The notes: a model not told the origin generated them from the letters alone. Counted from the stretch's first letter, positions 10,870 through 22,241 are shown. The stretch: 64,000 nucleotides of DNA from an uncultured delta proteobacterium (GCA_963696385.1 CAVOKF010000007.1:640001-704000), one strand, 5' to 3'. Program-made: numbers and translations.

Positions 10870-13515
10870 TCAGGTGCACGTTTCGTAATCCTCGGTCGCG
10901 TACGTGACGCAGACGTCGTCGTCCTCGATGCCGTCCCAGTCGGTCGCGGACGGCGTCGTCGCGTTTCCGTCGCCGTTGGTGTCGCCCCCGTTCGCGTCGT
11001 CGCGAATGGACGTGAAGATGTCTCCGGTTCCGGTCGTGAGGGCGCCGCCCGAGTCGATGTCCAACGATCCGCCAGCGAAGAACTTGAGGATCACGTCGTT
11101 GCCGAGCGTGAGAACGCCAGTGCCGGCGACGTTCAGGGTGTCGCCCGAGGTGCTGTCGCCGATGACGATGGGCACGTCCGTTTCGGACCAAGTGATATTG
11201 GCGGAGACCGTGCCCCCGCCCACGACGACGACGCCGTTGTACTCGTTGGGTTGGGGCGTCAAGGGCGCGGCCACCGAGTTGTCGAACGAGTTCGAGTCGT
11301 CGATCGAGAACGTCGTATCGATCCCCAGGGGAACGCGGTTGTCGTAAAAGAGGTTACCGGTAATGACCGTGGACGTCGCCGCCGAGCGCGCGTCGAGAGC
11401 TGGCGGCAACGAGATCGAATCCGTCGCCGTTCGATCGTGCGCGAAGACGCTGCTGGTCACAGTGATTGCGGCGGACCCATACGTCGAAAGCGCCGCCGAG
11501 TCACCGTTTCCGGCGTAGTAGAACTGGCAATAGGCGAACGCCGAACCGCTGACTTCGACGGTGATCCCCGCCCAGTCCGCGGACGCGGGGGTCGTCGCCG
11601 AACCGTCGCCGTTGGTATCTCCACCGTGGGTGTCGTCGGCGATCGAGGTGAAGACGATCCCGGTCGTGCCCCTGGCCGAAAGCACTCCCTGGACGTCGAC
11701 AGACCCCCCGGAAAGAAACTTCACCACGACCCCATCGGCGATCGTCAGCGCCCCTGTGCCGTTGATGTCGAAGTAGTCATTTGCGGCGGTGTTGCCCACG
11801 ACCAGAGGCACCTTCGTCTCGGACCACGTGATGTTGGCCGCAACAGTGGCTCCGTTGACGATCACCACGCCGTTGTACTCGTTGGGCTGGGGCATCGATG
11901 GTGCGGCCGCCGAGTTGTCGAACGAGTTGGAGTCGTCGATCGAGTACGTCGCGTTGATCGCCAAGGGAACGCGGTTGTCGTAAAACAGGTTGCCGGTGAC
12001 GACGGTACCGGTCGCCGCGGAGCTCAAATCGAGCGCGGCAGCGGAGCTGAGCGAATCGGTCGGCGCCTTGTTGTGCGCGAAAATGCTATCGGTCACCGTG
12101 GCCGATACGCTGCCTTCGGTCGAGAGCGCCGAGGAGTCGTCGCCGCCCGCGTAATAAAATCGGCAGTAGCGGAATGCCGAACCGCTCTCTTGGAGCGTGA
12201 TGCCTTGCCAGTCCGCGGGCGCCGGCGTCGTCGTCGATCCGTCGCCGTTGGTGTCTCCGCCCTGAGCGTCGTCGGCGATGGACGTGAAGACAATCGCGCT
12301 CGCGCCGATCGCCGAGAGCCGTCCCTGGACGTCGACGAAGCCCCCGGCCAGAAACTTCACGACGACCCCGTCGGCGAGGGTCAGCACGCCGGTGCTGTTA
12401 ATCGCCAGGAAGTCGTTGTCGGAGCTGTTGCCGATGACGAGGGGGACCTTCGTCTCGGCCCACGTCACGTTGCCGGCCACCGTGGCTCCGTTGGCGACCA
12501 CGACGCCGTTGTACTCGTTGGGCTGCGGCTGCGAGGGGGCCGAGAAGGAGTTGTCGAACGAGTTCGAGTCGTCGATCGAGAACGTCGTATTGATCGCCAG
12601 GGGAACCCGGTTGTCGTAAAAGACATTGCCTGTGACCACAGTACCGGTGGCGGCCGAGCTCAGGTCGAGCGCCGGCGCGGCCGAGAGCGCGTCGGTCGTC
12701 GGCTTGTCGTGCGCGAATACGCCGTAGGTCACGGTGATCGACTCGCTGCCACTGATGACAAGGGCCGAGGATTCGTTGGCGCCCGCGTAATAGAACTGGC
12801 AGTCCTGGAGGGTCGACCCGTCACCCTGAACGCTGATGCCCGACCAGTCGCCCGGCGCCGGAGTGGTGGCCGAGCCATCGCCGTTGGTGTCTCCCGCGTG
12901 TGCGTCATCCGTGAGAGACGTGAACACGATGGGGTACGCGGAGCCACCGAGTGCTTGGACCGTCCCAGTCGCTTCGACGGTTGCCCCGTATCCGGTGTCG
13001 AACTTTACGACCGTCCCCTGGTCGATCGACAGCGAACTCTGGATATCGAGGACGCACTCGACCACGTACACGGCCGCCGTCCAGGTGGTGGGCGTCGAAA
13101 TGATGCACGCGTCTCCCGTGACCATGACCATGGGCAGAGACGCGGGCGGCACCGAGCCCGCACCCATGGTCGGGCCGATCGGTTGGGTCGAGCCGTCCTC
13201 GCCGCCCCCGTCCGCTGTGTTGGCGGCGTCGCCGGAGTCGGTCCCCGCATCGATGGATGGACTCGCGCCGTCGGGTCCCGTGCCCCCGTCCGGCGACCCC
13301 GTAGCCGTTGCCGTCGCCGTGCTCGTTGGGGTGGTGGCGGTGGACGTCGCCACGCCGGTTCCGGTCGGGCCGCTGCCGGTTCCCGTGCCGGTCCCGGTTC
13401 CCGTGCCGGTGTCGGTTCCCGTATCGGTCGAGGGGTTGCCGCCACTGCCGCTGCAGCCCACGGCACCGGCCACCAAGCCAAGTCCTACGCTCACTAGAAG
13501 CCATCGTCCGTTCAT
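10870..13515 (-). CDS. large lipoprotein with 212-aa internal repeats (probable beta-helix, DxNGDG loops)
   Basis: lipobox AVGC, GT linker, IVFTSxxDDxxGGDTNGDG four times; YDNRVPL recurs every 636 bp (12611, 11975, 11339). Confidence 0.8.
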   Translation of the reverse strand: MNGRWLLVSVGLGLVAGAVGCSGSGGNPSTDTGTDTGTGTGTGTGTGSGPTGTGVATSTATTPTSTATATATGSPDGGTGPDGASPSIDAGTDSGDAANTADGGGEDGSTQPIGPTMGAGSVPPASLPMVMVTGDACIISTPTTWTAAVYVVECVLDIQSSLSIDQGTVVKFDTGYGATVEATGTVQALGGSAYPIVFTSLTDDAHAGDTNGDGSATTPAPGDWSGISVQGDGSTLQDCQFYYAGANESSALVISGSESITVTYGVFAHDKPTTDALSAAPALDLSSAATGTVVTGNVFYDNRVPLAINTTFSIDDSNSFDNSFSAPSQPQPNEYNGVVVANGATVAGNVTWAETKVPLVIGNSSDNDFLAINSTGVLTLADGVVVKFLAGGFVDVQGRLSAIGASAIVFTSIADDAQGGDTNGDGSTTTPAPADWQGITLQESGSAFRYCRFYYAGGDDSSALSTEGSVSATVTDSIFAHNKAPTDSLSSAAALDLSSAATGTVVTGNLFYDNRVPLAINATYSIDDSNSFDNSAAAPSMPQPNEYNGVVIVNGATVAANITWSETKVPLVVGNTAANDYFDINGTGALTIADGVVVKFLSGGSVDVQGVLSARGTTGIVFTSIADDTHGGDTNGDGSATTPASADWAGITVEVSGSAFAYCQFYYAGNGDSAALSTYGSAAITVTSSVFAHDRTATDSISLPPALDARSAATSTVITGNLFYDNRVPLGIDTTFSIDDSNSFDNSVAAPLTPQPNEYNGVVVVGGGTVSANITWSETDVPIVIGDSTSGDTLNVAGTGVLTLGNDVILKFFAGGSLDIDSGGALTTGTGDIFTSIRDDANGGDTNGDGNATTPSATDWDGIEDDDVCVTYATEDYETCT

Positions 13516-13967
13516 TTCAATTCTCCCTGGAGTGATGATGGTGCACCTTCCGACCTGGCATTCGGTGTCCGCACACCATGCCCGACTCGAGAGGTTGGCC
13601 GAATCCACAGCAACCTGCGGGCCGGCGCGGAAGCCATGGATCCTCAACGACTTTTTGTCCATGTCACGATCCGTGCGGGCCTGTGTCACGCCCTTGCCTT
13701 GAGGCGCGCACGTCGTTCGTCGCGCGCAGCCGGAACGGTCGGAGGCTCCATTGAAGCCACCAGATGCCCGCGAGCCCAATGCCGCGCGAGGCCCCTTCCA
13801 CGCCCATGGTCAGGGCTATGCGAGGAGCCTGGTCATTGTCAACGACGCCGTCACTTTCCAGCCTGGCGGTTACGACTACGGAGAACAGACTACGGTTCGC
13901 GCCTCTTGCCGACTTCTCGCACCTTCGGTCGCACGCTTGCCGTGTCCGCGTCGCGCACCTTCCCCCG

Positions 13968-14023
13968 CCCCGGGCTGGTTCCCCCGGGCTGGTTCCCTCG
14001 GGCTGGTTCCCCGGGCTGGGTTC
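13968..14023. repeat. short tandem repeat, ~14-bp unit cccgggctggtt x4
   Basis: ccc cgggctggtt cccccgggct ggttccctcg ggctggttcc ccgggctggg tt in a divergent intergenic region. Confidence 0.75.
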
Positions 14024-14165
14024 CGGCGTACACATGTATATCGCATGTGTGGTGAGGACGGAATCGACCGCCTATGGTATGTCCTGTCGCCGTGATTCGC
14101 CCTAGGGGAAGGGGCGCGCTAAGGTGAGATCCCCGCGCATGCTGGCCTCGTGCCGAAATGACCCG

Positions 14166-15176
14166 ATGCGCCACCTTCTACGGCTTTGCGGCTGCACGGC
14201 CGCACGGGCCGTGGGCGGCTTGGTGGCCGGTCTCGCGTGCGCCTGCGGGGGTGCGACCGACATCGCGCCGGCCACCGATGGCGGCAGTTCCCCCCTGAAC
14301 CACACTGTCGGAGCGGCCGACTCAGGCGTGATACCGATCTTGAGCGCGGAAGACTCCGGAACGGCCACGAGCGGCTGCTCCGCGGCCTCCCAGCTCGCCT
14401 ACGTGCTCTCGACCCAAAACGTGATCTACAGCTTCGACCCGCCGACGAAGTCGTTCACGCCGGTTGCGACTCTCGATTGCGATGCCGGATCCATGGTGCC
14501 CAATTCCATGGCGGTCGATCGGCAGGGCAATGCGTGGGTCGACTACGTCTCACTCAATGGCCAGGGAAACGTCACAGGCGGCGCGATTTTCGAAGTGAAT
14601 CTCCAAGTCGGCAATTGTACCCCAACCAACGTCGTACTCGGCCCGGGGTGGTATCAAGTCGGAATGGGGTACTCGACCGCATCCGCCACCGACCCCACCG
14701 ACACGCTTTACCTGGCGGGCGACAACGACATCCAGAGCTGCGTGCTGGTCGGAGACGCGACCAGCGCGGGCTTGGCCACGGTCGATACGGCGACCGGCGC
14801 ACTGACGCCGGTGGGATCGTTCTCGAACGGACTCGGCGGGCAGAACGCCGAGCTCACGGGGACCGGAGACGGAAGACTCTTCGGCTTTTTCGATCTGGCG
14901 GAGGTCGAGATCGCCCAGATCAACAAAACGACCGCGGCGACGCCGATCCAGAACGCGATTCCGGGAGTGCAGTGCCCGTGGGCCTACGCGTTTTCGTTCT
15001 GGGGAGGGGACTTTTACCTCTACACAGCCGCGGGTCAGAACATCAACTCGAGCGTAACGCACTATACGAGCGCGGACGGCGGAATCGACACGAGCTACAT
15101 CCCCGACGTGGGGTTTGCGATTATCGGAGCGGGCGTATCGACCTGTGCGCCGACGACTTCTATCCTACCCCGCTGA
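14166..15176 (+). CDS. putative lipoprotein (beta-propeller-like, myxobacterial family)
   Basis: lipobox ACAC, SMAVDRQG, AELTGTGDGRLFGFF, AFSFWGGDFYLYT, GAGVSTCAP. Confidence 0.75.
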   Translation: MRHLLRLCGCTAARAVGGLVAGLACACGGATDIAPATDGGSSPLNHTVGAADSGVIPILSAEDSGTATSGCSAASQLAYVLSTQNVIYSFDPPTKSFTPVATLDCDAGSMVPNSMAVDRQGNAWVDYVSLNGQGNVTGGAIFEVNLQVGNCTPTNVVLGPGWYQVGMGYSTASATDPTDTLYLAGDNDIQSCVLVGDATSAGLATVDTATGALTPVGSFSNGLGGQNAELTGTGDGRLFGFFDLAEVEIAQINKTTAATPIQNAIPGVQCPWAYAFSFWGGDFYLYTAAGQNINSSVTHYTSADGGIDTSYIPDVGFAIIGAGVSTCAPTTSILPR

Positions 15177-15209
15177 GGCCGACGATTCGCCGCGTCCGGA
15201 CCCGCCGCG

Positions 15210-16325
15210 ATGAACGCGATGAGCAAGATGGGTCTGGGCGCCGCGGCGCTGACCGGGGCGATCGGACTCTTGGCGGACTGCTCGCCGTCGACTCCGATGG
15301 GCATGGACAACGACGGCGGGACCGAGGCGACCTGCGTTGGATCCACAGGCATCGCTCCGGAGAGCGACGGCGGTCCGCCGAGTTGTCAGGAGGCCGCGCC
15401 AGGGACGACCAACTGCGGCCCCGGCGGCGTCGGCACGGCGAGTTGCTGCGCGAGCCTCGAGGTGCCCAGCGGAACCTACTATCGGACGTTTCAAGTCGCG
15501 GGGGACACGGACGCCGGCCCAACGGCGGAGGCCGACCCAGCGACCGTCAGCGCGTTCCGTCTGGATCAGTACTTGGTCACGGTCGGGCGCTTTCGCTCCT
15601 TCGTCCGTGCTTGGGACGGGGGAAGGGGGTACACGCCGCCGGCCGGATCGGGCAAGCACATCCACCTGAACGGCGGCCAGGGCCTGGCCAACAGTGCAAA
15701 CCCGGGCACGTTCGAGCCAGGCTGGGTCGCTTCGGACGACTGCAACATCGCGCCGACGGACCTCAACTTGAACTGCACCCCGGCCCCCGCGACGTGGACG
15801 GCGTCGGCCGGCGATGACGAAAGCCTGCCGATCAACTGCGTCACCTGGTACGAAGCGTACGCCTTCTGCATCTGGGACGGCGGTTTCCTTCCGAGCGAGA
15901 CGGAGTGGGAGTACGCGGCTGCCGCCGGGAGCCAGCAGCGCGAATACCCGTGGGGGCAGACGGATCCGGGGATCGCGAATCAGTACGCGATCTACGGCGA
16001 CGGAATGGGCAGCTGCTACTTCCCATTCGGCACCCAATGCAACGGAGTCTTCAACATTGCGCCGGTGGGGACTCCGGCGCAGGGTGCGGGGTATTGGGGC
16101 CAGCTCGATTTGGCCGGCGAGACCTTCGAGTGGAATCTGGATTGGTACGCGGCGTATGTCGATCCGTGCGTCGACTGCGCCTATCTGTCACCGAGCCCCG
16201 GCCGCGTCTACCGGGGCGGTGCCTTCTCCCAACCAGTGACGTATCTCGCCACGTGGCAGCGAAATGACCCGACGGCGACGACTCGCTTCAACTACCTCGG
16301 CGTCCGGTGTGCCAGGACGCCGTAG
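15210..16325 (+). CDS. formylglycine-generating enzyme (SUMF1/FGE-sulfatase) domain lipoprotein
   Basis: PINCVTWYEAYAFC, LPSETEWEYAA, YPWG, RVYRGGAF, GVRCAR. Confidence 0.9.
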   Translation: MNAMSKMGLGAAALTGAIGLLADCSPSTPMGMDNDGGTEATCVGSTGIAPESDGGPPSCQEAAPGTTNCGPGGVGTASCCASLEVPSGTYYRTFQVAGDTDAGPTAEADPATVSAFRLDQYLVTVGRFRSFVRAWDGGRGYTPPAGSGKHIHLNGGQGLANSANPGTFEPGWVASDDCNIAPTDLNLNCTPAPATWTASAGDDESLPINCVTWYEAYAFCIWDGGFLPSETEWEYAAAAGSQQREYPWGQTDPGIANQYAIYGDGMGSCYFPFGTQCNGVFNIAPVGTPAQGAGYWGQLDLAGETFEWNLDWYAAYVDPCVDCAYLSPSPGRVYRGGAFSQPVTYLATWQRNDPTATTRFNYLGVRCARTP

Positions 16326-16352
16326 CGGGGGAGTAGCGCGCCCCCTTCTCAC

Positions 16353-16898
16353 TCAGCGTCGGCCGCGGCCGAGGCGCCCGGCGGCGCCGGGGCGCGCTAC
16401 CCAATAGCCGTGCAGCCCCACCGGGTGCCACGGGTGCCTGACCCAGAGGCCATAATGGTACGGTCCCCACCCCCAGGGCGAGACGTACCAGGTCCAGCCG
16501 TACGCCGGCGTATAGAGGTACGTGTACGGGACGCCTTCCATTTCCACGGCCGACGCTCCGGCCGGAACCCATACCCATCCGTTGCCGGCCAAGTAGACCC
16601 ACTGGCCGGTTGGATAGGCATTGACGAGCGGCGGCGCGGAGGCAGGCTGCGCCGGCGGTCCCGAAGGGGGCCCCTCGGTGGCGGGGGGCGGCGGCGCCTG
16701 GGGCGGCGGCGGAGAAGCCGGCCCTTGATTCGGAGGTGCGGCCTGCGTGTACGGCTCTGGAAGCGGAGCCGGCTCAGCCGATGGCGCTGCCGGCGGCGCC
16801 GGCGGCACCTGCGGCGGGGGCTCGGACTCCGTCGTGTCCGCGCAGCCTACGATCAGACACGCGACAAGCAAGGGGAGGGTACGCAAATGAGGGATCAT
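16353..16898 (-). CDS. Pro-rich lipoprotein with Trp/Tyr/Gly-rich C-terminus
   Basis: lipobox IVGC, Pro linker, GWVWVP / YGWTWYVSPWGWG. Confidence 0.7.
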   Translation of the reverse strand: MIPHLRTLPLLVACLIVGCADTTESEPPPQVPPAPPAAPSAEPAPLPEPYTQAAPPNQGPASPPPPQAPPPPATEGPPSGPPAQPASAPPLVNAYPTGQWVYLAGNGWVWVPAGASAVEMEGVPYTYLYTPAYGWTWYVSPWGWGPYHYGLWVRHPWHPVGLHGYWVARPGAAGRLGRGRR

Positions 16899-17086
16899 AG
16901 GAGTGCTCGATTGGATAACATCCGAGAAGGTCCTGGCGGCCTGTCCGAAAAGTTATAGCCGACGAGCCGTCGATTCACGATGACCAGCGGCAGCGATTCG
17001 ACGTTTCAACCGCACGAGCCGCCAAAACCGCACAGCCTGCGGAGACCCTTGACACCCGACAATTCACGGCGCACGAGCTTGCACGC

Positions 17087-17392
17087 ATGACCGTCGACGA
17101 GCTCTTCGCCGCCGCGACCGACCGCGAGCTTCCGCCCGACCTCGCCCCGCTGCTTCGCGCGCTGTGGCTCGACGCACGGGGAGATTGGGCCGGCGCGCAT
17201 CGCATCGCGCAGGACGATGCCAGCCGAGACGGTGCCTGGGTCCACGCGTACTTGCATCGCAAGGAAGGCGACACCCCAAACGCGGCGTACTGGTATCGCC
17301 AAGCCAAGCGGCCCGAAGCGGACGGGGCATTCGACGAGGAGTGGAGGAGGCTTGCCAGCGAGCTGATTTCCAGGTCGATTCCGGTACCATGA
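17087..17392 (+). CDS. conserved hypothetical protein
   Basis: GDWAGAHRIAQD...AWVHAYLHRKEGD...AAYWY pattern of a widespread small protein family. Confidence 0.8.
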   Translation: MTVDELFAAATDRELPPDLAPLLRALWLDARGDWAGAHRIAQDDASRDGAWVHAYLHRKEGDTPNAAYWYRQAKRPEADGAFDEEWRRLASELISRSIPVP

Positions 17393-17544
17393 AATTCGCG
17401 CGGCGCGGCATCCCGGCACGGGACGATCCCGCAGGCCGACCCATGCGTCTGACGAGCGGAGCGGCCTCAGCGGGGCCCGCACGCGGGTCCCGCTTTTGCC
17501 TCAAGGCTTCTGGAGACGAGCCGTTTGCCGCTGGGAGGAATGCC

Positions 17545-17748
17545 GTGGCCGACCGCTACAGGACGTTGCGCGCACTCGCGCTTCGCCTGCTCAACGGCGA
17601 AGTCATCGAACACGTGGACGGTCGGGGACGCCGGTGGAGGGCGACGGCCAAGCGTCTCACACTGGTTTCGCCCGAAACCGGCGAAGCCGCTCCGGTCGTC
17701 GACGGCGACGCCTACGAGATCGCCGATCGGCTCACGAAGCTGCCGTGA
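17545..17748 (+). CDS. small hypothetical protein (67 aa)
   Basis: GGGAGG RBS before GTG; its stop overlaps the next start (GTGA). Confidence 0.55.
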   Translation: MADRYRTLRALALRLLNGEVIEHVDGRGRRWRATAKRLTLVSPETGEAAPVVDGDAYEIADRLTKLP

Positions 17749-19312
17749 GCCATGAGATGCCCGGCCGGGGCAGCGATCACGGATACCTCACCGACGTCGC
17801 GTACGTGCGGCAGTTCTGCGCGGAGCTCAACCCCAACCTATGGCGCGCAGCGGCCGCACTCGCCGGCTGTCCAGCTCCCGCTTGCAACGACTTCGACTAT
17901 TGCGAGCTCGGCTCCGGTCTGGGCGATACCCTCGCGACGTTCGCAGCGGCCTATCCGCGCGCACGCTTCGTCGGTTTCGACCTCAACCCCGCGCACGTCG
18001 GGGCCGCGCAAAGCCTGGCGGCGCGCAGCGCCCTTAGCAACGTGCGGTTTCTCGAACGCGATTTCGAAGATCTGCGCGGCGACGAGCTACCGCCGCTCGA
18101 CTACGTGTGTGCGCACGGCTTGCTCACCTGGATCCCCCCGAAAAGCGAAGGGCGCTTTTCGGGCGCGCGGCGGCCTGGCTCAAGCCGGGAGGCCTGCTCT
18201 ACCTCGGTTACAACGCGCTGCCCGGGTGGGCTGCCGTCGAGCCACTGCGCAGACTCATGCTCGACACGTCGGCCGGCGTCGAGGGAGGCAGCGAGGCGCG
18301 CGCGCGGCACGGGCTCGCATTCGCAAAGACCCTGTGCGACGGCCACGCGGGGTACTTCGTGTCCAACCCATCGGCCAAGGAGATTCTCGCGACGATGCTC
18401 AAGATGGGCGTTCCGTACACGGCCCACGAGTTCTTTCACGCGCACTGGCATCCAATGTACTTCGCGGACGTCGCCGCGGAGGCCGCCGAGCACGATCTGC
18501 GCTTTGTCGGGCAAATCCCGCTGCATCTCAACTATCGCGATCTGACGATCCCGGCGCCTTTGCAGGAGGCCTTTCGGTCGGTCTCCGATCGGCGCGCCTG
18601 GGAGCATCTGAAGGATTTCGCGACCAACGAGAGTTTCCGGCGCGACGTCTACGTCAAGGGCGCGGTGGGCCGTGCCGAAAACACGAGCCGAACGTATCTC
18701 GATGGCACCCCGTTCGGGACGCTGGTTCCGGCCGACCGGGTGAAGCGAGACGTGCCGCTCGCGAGCCGATCGCTCCGCTTTACCGGGCCGCTGTTCGACG
18801 CCGTCATCGCTCGGATCGCCCGGCGCTCGTGGACGGCGAGCGATCTGGCCCGGGAGCCTTCGTTGGCGGCGTTCGACTCCGACGCGATACGCCAGGCCGT
18901 GCTGCACCTGCTCATGGGAGGGGACGTCGTTCCGGTGGCCCTTGGCTCGACCGAATGCCTCGCGACCGGATCGCGCTACCGTGTGGCGTCCGCATTCAAC
19001 CGGGCCATTCTGTCGCAACCCTTGTCCAACCGGGCCGCGGTCGTGCTCGCCTCGCCGGTCGCGGGAACCGGGGTGCGCCTATCGATGATCCAGGCGGTGA
19101 TGCTGCGCGCCCTCTCCGAAGGGCGACCGGACGAGCGGACGGCGTGGATCCGATCGTTCGTCGACCGGAGCCCGCTCAGGGCATGGGACCACGGCAGTCC
19201 GCTCGACACCAAAGAAGACGTCACACGCCTCATTGGTCAAAGACTCGAGTCCTTTTGCACCACGTGGCTGCCCAAGCTCGTCGAGCTCGGCGTCGTCGAG
19301 CCGGAGCCGTGA
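17745..19312 (+). CDS. class I SAM-dependent methyltransferase with methyltransferase regulatory domain, frameshifted near 18140
   Basis: YCELGSGLG, FVGFDLNP, AHGLLTWI in one frame; LKPGGLLYLGYNALPGW, HEFF, FRRDVY in the next; break lies in a C-run. Confidence 0.85.
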
Positions 19313-19380
19313 TGCCGCCCAGCGGGGCCACCGTCGACGATCGGGGCCGCCGCCAGCGTGGACTCGCGGGACGCGCTCCC

Positions 19381-19878
19381 CTACGGGGCCGCGAGGGCCT
19401 TTTCGATTGCCTGCTTCACGGGCAAGCTCGTCGGCTCGATCTCGGGCTCGAAGCGCGCGAGCACCTCCCCGTTCTTGCCGATGAGAAACTTGTTGAAGTT
19501 CCATCGGATATCGCCGGCGAAAGAAGCATTGGTCTTCGGGCTCGTGAGATAGTCGAACAGAGGGTCGATGCCCGGACCTTTGACCTTGACCTTCGCGAAC
19601 AGATCGAACTTTACGTCGTAGCGCCGTGTGCAAAACTCCTTGATGGCGTCGTTGGTGCCGGGCTCCTGCGCGCCGAACTCGTTGGCCGGGAAGGCGAGTA
19701 CGGCGAGCCCCGTGGGTGCATAAGTCTCGTGCAGCGTTTCGAGGCCCGCATACTGAGGAGTGAGCCCGCACTGGGACGCGACGTTGACGATGAGGAGAGC
19801 TTTGCCTCGATACTCGCTCAGCGTTTTCGGTTCGCCGTCGATAGTGAGCACCGAAAAGTCGTAAATGCCTTTGGACAT
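19381..19878 (-). CDS. glutathione peroxidase (Cys-type)
   Basis: LIVNVASQCGLTPQY, FPANEFGAQEPG, IRWNFNKFLI. Confidence 0.95.
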   Translation of the reverse strand: MSKGIYDFSVLTIDGEPKTLSEYRGKALLIVNVASQCGLTPQYAGLETLHETYAPTGLAVLAFPANEFGAQEPGTNDAIKEFCTRRYDVKFDLFAKVKVKGPGIDPLFDYLTSPKTNASFAGDIRWNFNKFLIGKNGEVLARFEPEIEPTSLPVKQAIEKALAAP

Positions 19879-19969
19879 GAGTCACCCGCGGTGGGAGGGG
19901 GCCGTGGGATAAAAGCCCGGCGCGCCCCCTTTGGCAAGGCGGTTCAGCGAGAACGGATCGGCCGGCGTT

Positions 19970-22102
19970 CTACTTCCGGCCGGCCTCGGCCGCGAGCTTT
20001 TCGCGGTACTTCTTGACCATCTCTTCCTGCTCGCCCTTCGGAACGGTCGCGTACTTCGCAAATTCCATGGTGAAGGTGCCTTTGCCTTGGGTCGCCGAGC
20101 GCAAATCGGTCGAGTACCCGAACATCGCATTGAGCGGAACCTCGCAGGTGACGCTCACATTTTCGCCACCGACCGTTTCCAAAATCACTCCGCGCCGCTG
20201 GTTGACCTGTCCGACGACCGCCCCCTGAAACTCGATCGGAGCATCAATTTCCACTTTCATGATGGGCTCCAAGATCGTGGGGGCGGACTTCGCGTAGGCC
20301 TCACGAAAGCCCATCAAGGCGGCGGTTTTGAAGGCCAATTCCGACGAATCGACCGCGTGCGCCGCGCCGTCTGTGACCGCGCACCGGATGCCCACCACCG
20401 GAAACCCGATGAGGGTCCCTTTGCGCACCCCTTCCTTGAAACCTTTGTCGCACGACGGAATGTACTCGCGGGGAATCGCGCCTCCTGTGATGTCGTCCAC
20501 GAACTCGTAGGTCTCGACCGCGTCGGCCGGCAGCGGCTCGATGTATCCGAGCACGCGAGCGTACTGCCCGGAGCCGCCGGTTTGCTTTTTGTGGGTGTAG
20601 TTGATGTCCGCCCTCCGCGTGATCGTTTCGCGGTAAGCGACTTGGGGTTTGCCGGCAACGACTTCGCAGTTGTACTCGCGCCGCATGCGCTCCATGTAGA
20701 TGTCGAGATGGAGCTCGCCCATGCCGCTGATGATCGTCTGCTGAGACTCTTCGTCTTGGTGCACCCGGAACGTCGGATCCTCTTTGGTAAAGCGGTTCAG
20801 CGCTTTGGAGAAATTCGTCTCGGCCGCGCGGTCTTTCGGTGCGACGGCCAGCGAGATGACGGCGGCCGGTACGTGCATCGACGTGAGCGTGACGTTGACC
20901 TTGCCGTCGGTGAACGTCTCCCCGGAGCTCGCCTCGACCCCGTAGAACGCGACGATGTCGCCGCTCTCGGCGACCTCGATCTCCTCCCGATCGTCGGAAT
21001 GCATGCGAAACATGCGAGGAACGCGCACTTTGCGCATCTCGTTGCTGGCGTTGTAGATGGTATCGCCCGCAGCCACCTGTCCCTGATAGATGCGAAAGTA
21101 GGTCAGCTGGCCGTATTTGTCCTGCTGGAGCTTGAAGGCGAGCCCGACGAACGGCTTGCTGGGGTCGGAGTCGATGACGATCTTCTCTTCCCGATTGCTC
21201 TGGTCGTGACCCTCGTTGACGACCTCGGTCGGATTGGGCAAGTAGTAGACGACGGCATCGAGCAAAAGCTGGACCCCCTTGTTCTTGATGGCCGATCCGC
21301 ACATCACGGGGGTCATTTTCAGCGCCAAGGTGGCGCGCCGGATGGCCGCTCGGAGCTCGTCGACCGTGATGGGCTCGTCGTTGATGAATTTCTCGGCGAG
21401 CGCGTCGTCCACGTCGGCGACGCGATGGATGATGTCGTGTCGAGCTTCGGCGGCTCGATCGGCGTACTCCGCCGGGATCGGCTCTTCTCGCACCGTCTCG
21501 CCGTCATCGCCGTCGAAGAAAAATGCCTTGCCCACGATGGGATCGATGATCCCCTTGAACCCGGATTCCGCGCCCATCGGAACCTGAAGCTTGACGGGAT
21601 GATGCCCGAGCTTGTCCTTGAGCATGTCGGCGACGCGGTCGTAGTTGGCGCCGGGATTGTCCATCTTGTTGACGAAGGCGATGCGCGGCACGCGGTAGCG
21701 TTTCATCTGCCGATCGACGGTGATCGACTGGCTCTGGACGCCTTTGCCGGAGTCGAGCACCAGGATCGCCCCGTCCAGCACGCGGAGGGCACGCTCGACC
21801 TCGATCGTGAAGTCGACGTGTCCGGGGGTGTCGATGATGTTGATGTTGTGAGGTTGGAGCTGCTGCTGCGAGCCGTTCCAGACGCAGTACGTCGCGGCCG
21901 ACTGGATCGTGATGCCCTTTTCGCGTTCGAGGTCCATCGAGTCCATCTTGGCGCCGACGCCGTCTTTGCCGCGGACCTCGTGAATTTTATGGATGCGCCC
22001 CGTGTAATAGAGAATGCGCTCGGTCAGCGTCGTTTTGCCGGAGTCGATGTGCGCCGAGATGCCGATGTTTCGGATGCGTTCGAGGGGGATGCGTGTAGCC
22101 AC
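19970..22102 (-). CDS. fusA: elongation factor G (stand-alone paralogue)
   Basis: [53 protein letters not shown]. Confidence 0.97.
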   Translation of the reverse strand: MATRIPLERIRNIGISAHIDSGKTTLTERILYYTGRIHKIHEVRGKDGVGAKMDSMDLEREKGITIQSAATYCVWNGSQQQLQPHNINIIDTPGHVDFTIEVERALRVLDGAILVLDSGKGVQSQSITVDRQMKRYRVPRIAFVNKMDNPGANYDRVADMLKDKLGHHPVKLQVPMGAESGFKGIIDPIVGKAFFFDGDDGETVREEPIPAEYADRAAEARHDIIHRVADVDDALAEKFINDEPITVDELRAAIRRATLALKMTPVMCGSAIKNKGVQLLLDAVVYYLPNPTEVVNEGHDQSNREEKIVIDSDPSKPFVGLAFKLQQDKYGQLTYFRIYQGQVAAGDTIYNASNEMRKVRVPRMFRMHSDDREEIEVAESGDIVAFYGVEASSGETFTDGKVNVTLTSMHVPAAVISLAVAPKDRAAETNFSKALNRFTKEDPTFRVHQDEESQQTIISGMGELHLDIYMERMRREYNCEVVAGKPQVAYRETITRRADINYTHKKQTGGSGQYARVLGYIEPLPADAVETYEFVDDITGGAIPREYIPSCDKGFKEGVRKGTLIGFPVVGIRCAVTDGAAHAVDSSELAFKTAALMGFREAYAKSAPTILEPIMKVEIDAPIEFQGAVVGQVNQRRGVILETVGGENVSVTCEVPLNAMFGYSTDLRSATQGKGTFTMEFAKYATVPKGEQEEMVKKYREKLAAEAGRK

Positions 22103-22241
22103 GGGAGTGTATTTTTCTTTCGTAGGGGTTATTTGCGACCGTCCGAGGGTAGCGCGGCCACCGCGACGTCTGCCATCTCCGGGAGAGCCGACCGCGCTCT
22201 GCCGCGACGACTTCGGCGGGCGGGGAGGCTACACTTTCTTC

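Noticed and set aside
18130..18150. Programmed ribosomal frameshift at CCCCCCGAAAAG
   Set aside because: Similar indels are scattered across unrelated genes, so a homopolymer error is simpler
19381..19878. Selenoprotein, or a BtuE role in B12 uptake
   Set aside because: The active site is a Cys codon; the gene is 13 kb from the B12 operon, and BtuE-type proteins are peroxidases
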